This document shows, one piece after another, positions 7,307-9,238 of a DNA stretch of 9,238 bases (positions are counted from its first letter, which is position 1; each line of letters starts with the position of its first letter). Location: NCBI RefSeq assembly GCF_006345805.1, contig NW_021828023.1, forward strand, positions 1 through 9,238, given 5' to 3'. The translations under genes and the position numbers were made by a program. This stretch comes from Octopus sinensis (Eukaryota). Under the pieces are notes generated by a model, which did no database searches, was not told where the DNA came from, and was given only the letters and a program-made list of their open reading frames with translations.

Positions 7307-7385
7307 CCTATTCTCCTTGTCCTTTCCTTAGATCAATGTGAAATTGTGATGTGAGACTGGCTTACCAGGGACACAACTTCGTCTT

Positions 7386-7392
7386 ACACACA

Positions 7393-7451
<59 letters not shown>

Positions 7452-7475
7452 ACATACACACACACACAACACACA
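7386..7475. repeat. (AC)n microsatellite, probably the expanded internal linker of the adjacent minus-strand SINE B
   Basis: Read directly; sits exactly where the internal TA/TG linker of family B lies. Confidence 0.95.
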
Positions 7476-7612
7476 TACGACGGCATTCTTTTAATTTCCG
7501 TCTACGAAATCCACTCACAAGGCTTTAGTTGGCCCGAGGTTATAGTAGAAAGCATTCGACCAAGGTGCCACGCAGTGGGACTGAATCCGGAACCATGTGG
7601 TTCGGAAGTAAA
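7476..7612 (-). mobile_element. SINE family B, 5' half
   Basis: The reverse complement aligns with ~2275-2414. Confidence 0.9.
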
Positions 7613-7895
7613 GGACAGGGTATAAGTGGGAGAATAACCAGCTTCAAAAAATAGAGGCCATTACAGTAGCAATTGAGAAAAAAACCCATAGATATCACAC
7701 ACACACACACAACACCTCACAAACTAGAGAGTGTTCGTTAGTGATGGAGTGCTAATTAGTCAAGTGGCCCTTTTCTGGATGCAACATCCTGGTTGTAAGA
7801 GCAGTACTCCATTATGGACTTCATGTAGGCCGCGTAGATTATTAGCGTCAGTTAGAGACTGAAATATCTTCTGGCTTTAAAGAGAAGGGCCAGAA

Positions 7896-8019
7896 CAGTG
7901 TTTCCATCCCCACTTTTTTTATGGACCCCTTTGATCCCTATTTTATGCGGATAAACCCTCATAGCCATTCGAGGTTTAAAAAACCCTATCATATTCTTAT
8001 AATCAAACATTGTTAGGAA
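7896..8019 (+). mobile_element. Old hAT-type MITE (MITE-1), left arm
   Basis: Begins CAGTGTTTCC...TTTTTTTATGGACCCC, a CAGTGGTTCYC-type hAT terminus with a subterminal TGGACCCC motif. Interrupted by SINE B at 8020. Confidence 0.6.
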
Positions 8020-8215
8020 TTCTTTTACTTGTTTCAGTCATTTGACTGCGGCCATGCTGTAGCACCGCCTTTAGTCGAACAAATCGAGCCCAGGACTTAT
8101 TCTATCGGTCTCTTTTGCCGAACCACTAAGTTATGGGGATGTAAACACACCAACAACGTTTGTCAAGCAATGTTGGGAAGACTAACACAGACATGCAAAT
8201 ACATACATACATACA

Positions 8216-8251
<36 letters not shown>

Positions 8252-8860
8252 TACATACACACACACACATACATACATACATACATACATACATACATAC
8301 ATACATACATACATACATACATACGTATATATATGTGTGTGCGTGTGTGTGTGTGAGTGTGTGTGGAGGCGCAACGGCCCATTGGTTAGGGCAGCGGACT
8401 CGCGGTCGTAGGATCGCGGTTTCGATTCCCAGACCGGTCGTTGTGAACGTTTATTGAGAGAAAACACCTAAAAGCTCCACGAGGCTCCGGCAGTGGGTGG
8501 TGGTGATCCCTGCTGTACTCTTTCGCCACAACTTTCACACTTTCTTCTGTTGGCCTGCTCGCTTAGCCAGCGGGGTGACGTCATTTGAAGGCTAAAACAG
8601 TGCGAAGCGCATTGTGACCAGTGATGTGCAGCAACATCTGAGATAGCCTGGTCGGTCACGGTGATCACGGTGATACATATATATATATATATATATACGA
8701 CGGGCTTCTTTCAGTTTCTGTCAAACAAATTCACTCACAAGGCTTTGCTCGGCTTGAAGTTATAGTAAAAGACACTTGCCCAAGGTGTCATGCAGTGGGA
8801 CTGAACTCGGAAACATGTGGTTTGGAAGCAAGCTTCTTATCCCACAGCTACTCCTGCGCC
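8020..8860 (-). mobile_element. Full-length SINE family B split by an inserted family C SINE
   Basis: 3' half at 8020-8199, including the terminal TCTTTTACTTGTTTCAGTCATTTGACTGCGGCCATG missing from the 2249 copy. Internal (TACA)/(TA)/(TG) linker at 8200-8364 and 8676-8695. 5' half at 8696-8860, ending in CTCCTGCGCC. Confidence 0.92.
8365..8674 (+). mobile_element. tRNA-derived SINE family C nested in the microsatellite linker of SINE B
   Basis: tRNA-like head GGAGGCGCAACGGCCCATTGGTTAGGGCAGCGGACTCGCGGTCGTAGGATCGCGGTTTCGATTCCC with A- and B-box-like motifs. Tandem 9-bp tail (CACGGTGAT)2 at 8657-8674. Opposite orientation to the host SINE. Confidence 0.85.
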
Positions 8861-8982
8861 TAAAATTTTTTTTAATGTTTTGTGTATTGTAGAAGTGCAA
8901 CCAATTTATTGTAAACAAATTTGAACAACAAAATCTTAAATGGACCTGCAATGGTCATGGGGATCCCAGTGGTGAACCAGTG
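8861..8982 (+). mobile_element. Old hAT-type MITE (MITE-1), right arm
   Basis: Ends ATGGACCTGC...GGGGATCCCAGTGGTGAACCAGTG. Its reverse complement CACTGGTTCA matches the left end CAGTGTTTCC at 7/10, and it shares the TGGACC motif. Joined arms total ~246 bp. Confidence 0.55.
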
Positions 8983-8990
8983 GACTAGGG

Positions 8991-9087
8991 CAGCGTTTTT
9001 TCAAATTGTTTTTTTTTTTTGTCACGACCTATTTTATTTATGTCGCGACCCACTGAAGGGTCGGGAACCACAGTTTGAAAAACGCTG
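8991..9087. mobile_element. 97-bp hAT (Charlie-like) MITE (MITE-2) with perfect 8-bp TSD
   Basis: TIRs CAGCGTTTTTTCAAA / TTTGAAAAACGCTG differ by one extra T. TSD GACTAGGG at 8983-8990 and 9088-9095. Subterminal GTC(A/G)CGACC motifs at 9021 and 9042, with a degenerate GTCGGGAACC at 9060. An 8-bp TSD with central CTAG fits hAT. Confidence 0.93.
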
Positions 9088-9238
9088 GACTAGGGTATTT
9101 TTCTGAAATGCTCAAAACAGCAGGGTTTTCAATCGGTAGATTTAAATAGGTTAGATGTAAAAGAAAAAAGAAAAGGAATAAAAAAAGGTGGGGACAGAAG
9201 GGAGCAAAAGGTGGGGGTCTAAGGAAGAGAGAGAGGGA

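Larger units (their letters stand above)
6659..7385 (-). mobile_element. Candidate non-autonomous Helitron-like element (alternatively a host promoter island)
   Basis: The minus-strand end reads CGATCACG...CGTGATCG-TATAT-CTAG: a perfect 8-bp inverted repeat (6668-6675/6703-6710) 5 nt before CTAG. The CpG-rich block is bounded by truncated SINEs on both sides. Against this: the base after CTAG is A not T, the loop is 27 nt, and the 5' TC is not visible because it abuts (CA)n. Confidence 0.35.

Noticed and set aside
81-8467. The many ORFs reading HTHT, VCVC, YIYI, MYVC or IHTY
   Set aside because: They are translations of stop-free di- and tetranucleotide repeats, often open on both strands and in several frames, and show no domain content.
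9121-9134. CAGGGTTTTCAATC as another hAT TIR
   Set aside because: No partner TIR or TSD within the window.
9187-9238. G-run cluster as a G-quadruplex
   Set aside because: Loops are long (6-15 nt) and the region is cut by the window edge.
1-9238. CRISPR array, prokaryotic operon or rRNA
   Set aside because: No regularly spaced repeat-spacer units, no gene-dense coding and no rRNA-like sequence; the composition is that of animal non-coding DNA.

Overview
Non-coding, repeat-saturated eukaryotic DNA, probably intronic or intergenic. Very dense (CA/TG), (TA) and (TACA/TATG) microsatellites together with several tRNA-headed SINE families point to a coleoid cephalopod (Octopus-like) genome. This is recognition from memory, not a database result. 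Almost all supplied ORFs are translations of simple repeats (HTHT/VCVC/MYVC), the few others are unrecognisable, and no protein-coding gene can be supported. I identify about 10 SINE copies from 4 families, which I label A-D as working names. There is also one clean 97-bp hAT-type MITE with an 8-bp TSD, and an older hAT-type MITE split by a SINE that is itself split by another SINE. A CpG-rich ~730-bp block (6659-7385) has promoter motifs and Helitron-like end features. The most interesting unexplained signals are: the nested stack at 7896-9095 with apparent reuse of one 8-bp target, a ~100-bp element embedded in (ACAT)n arrays, a pseudoknot-like set of helices at 7741-7892, a gap-free 61-bp duplicate (3777/4107), and three possible phase-1 mini-exons. 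I cannot claim a new biological system from the sequence alone.
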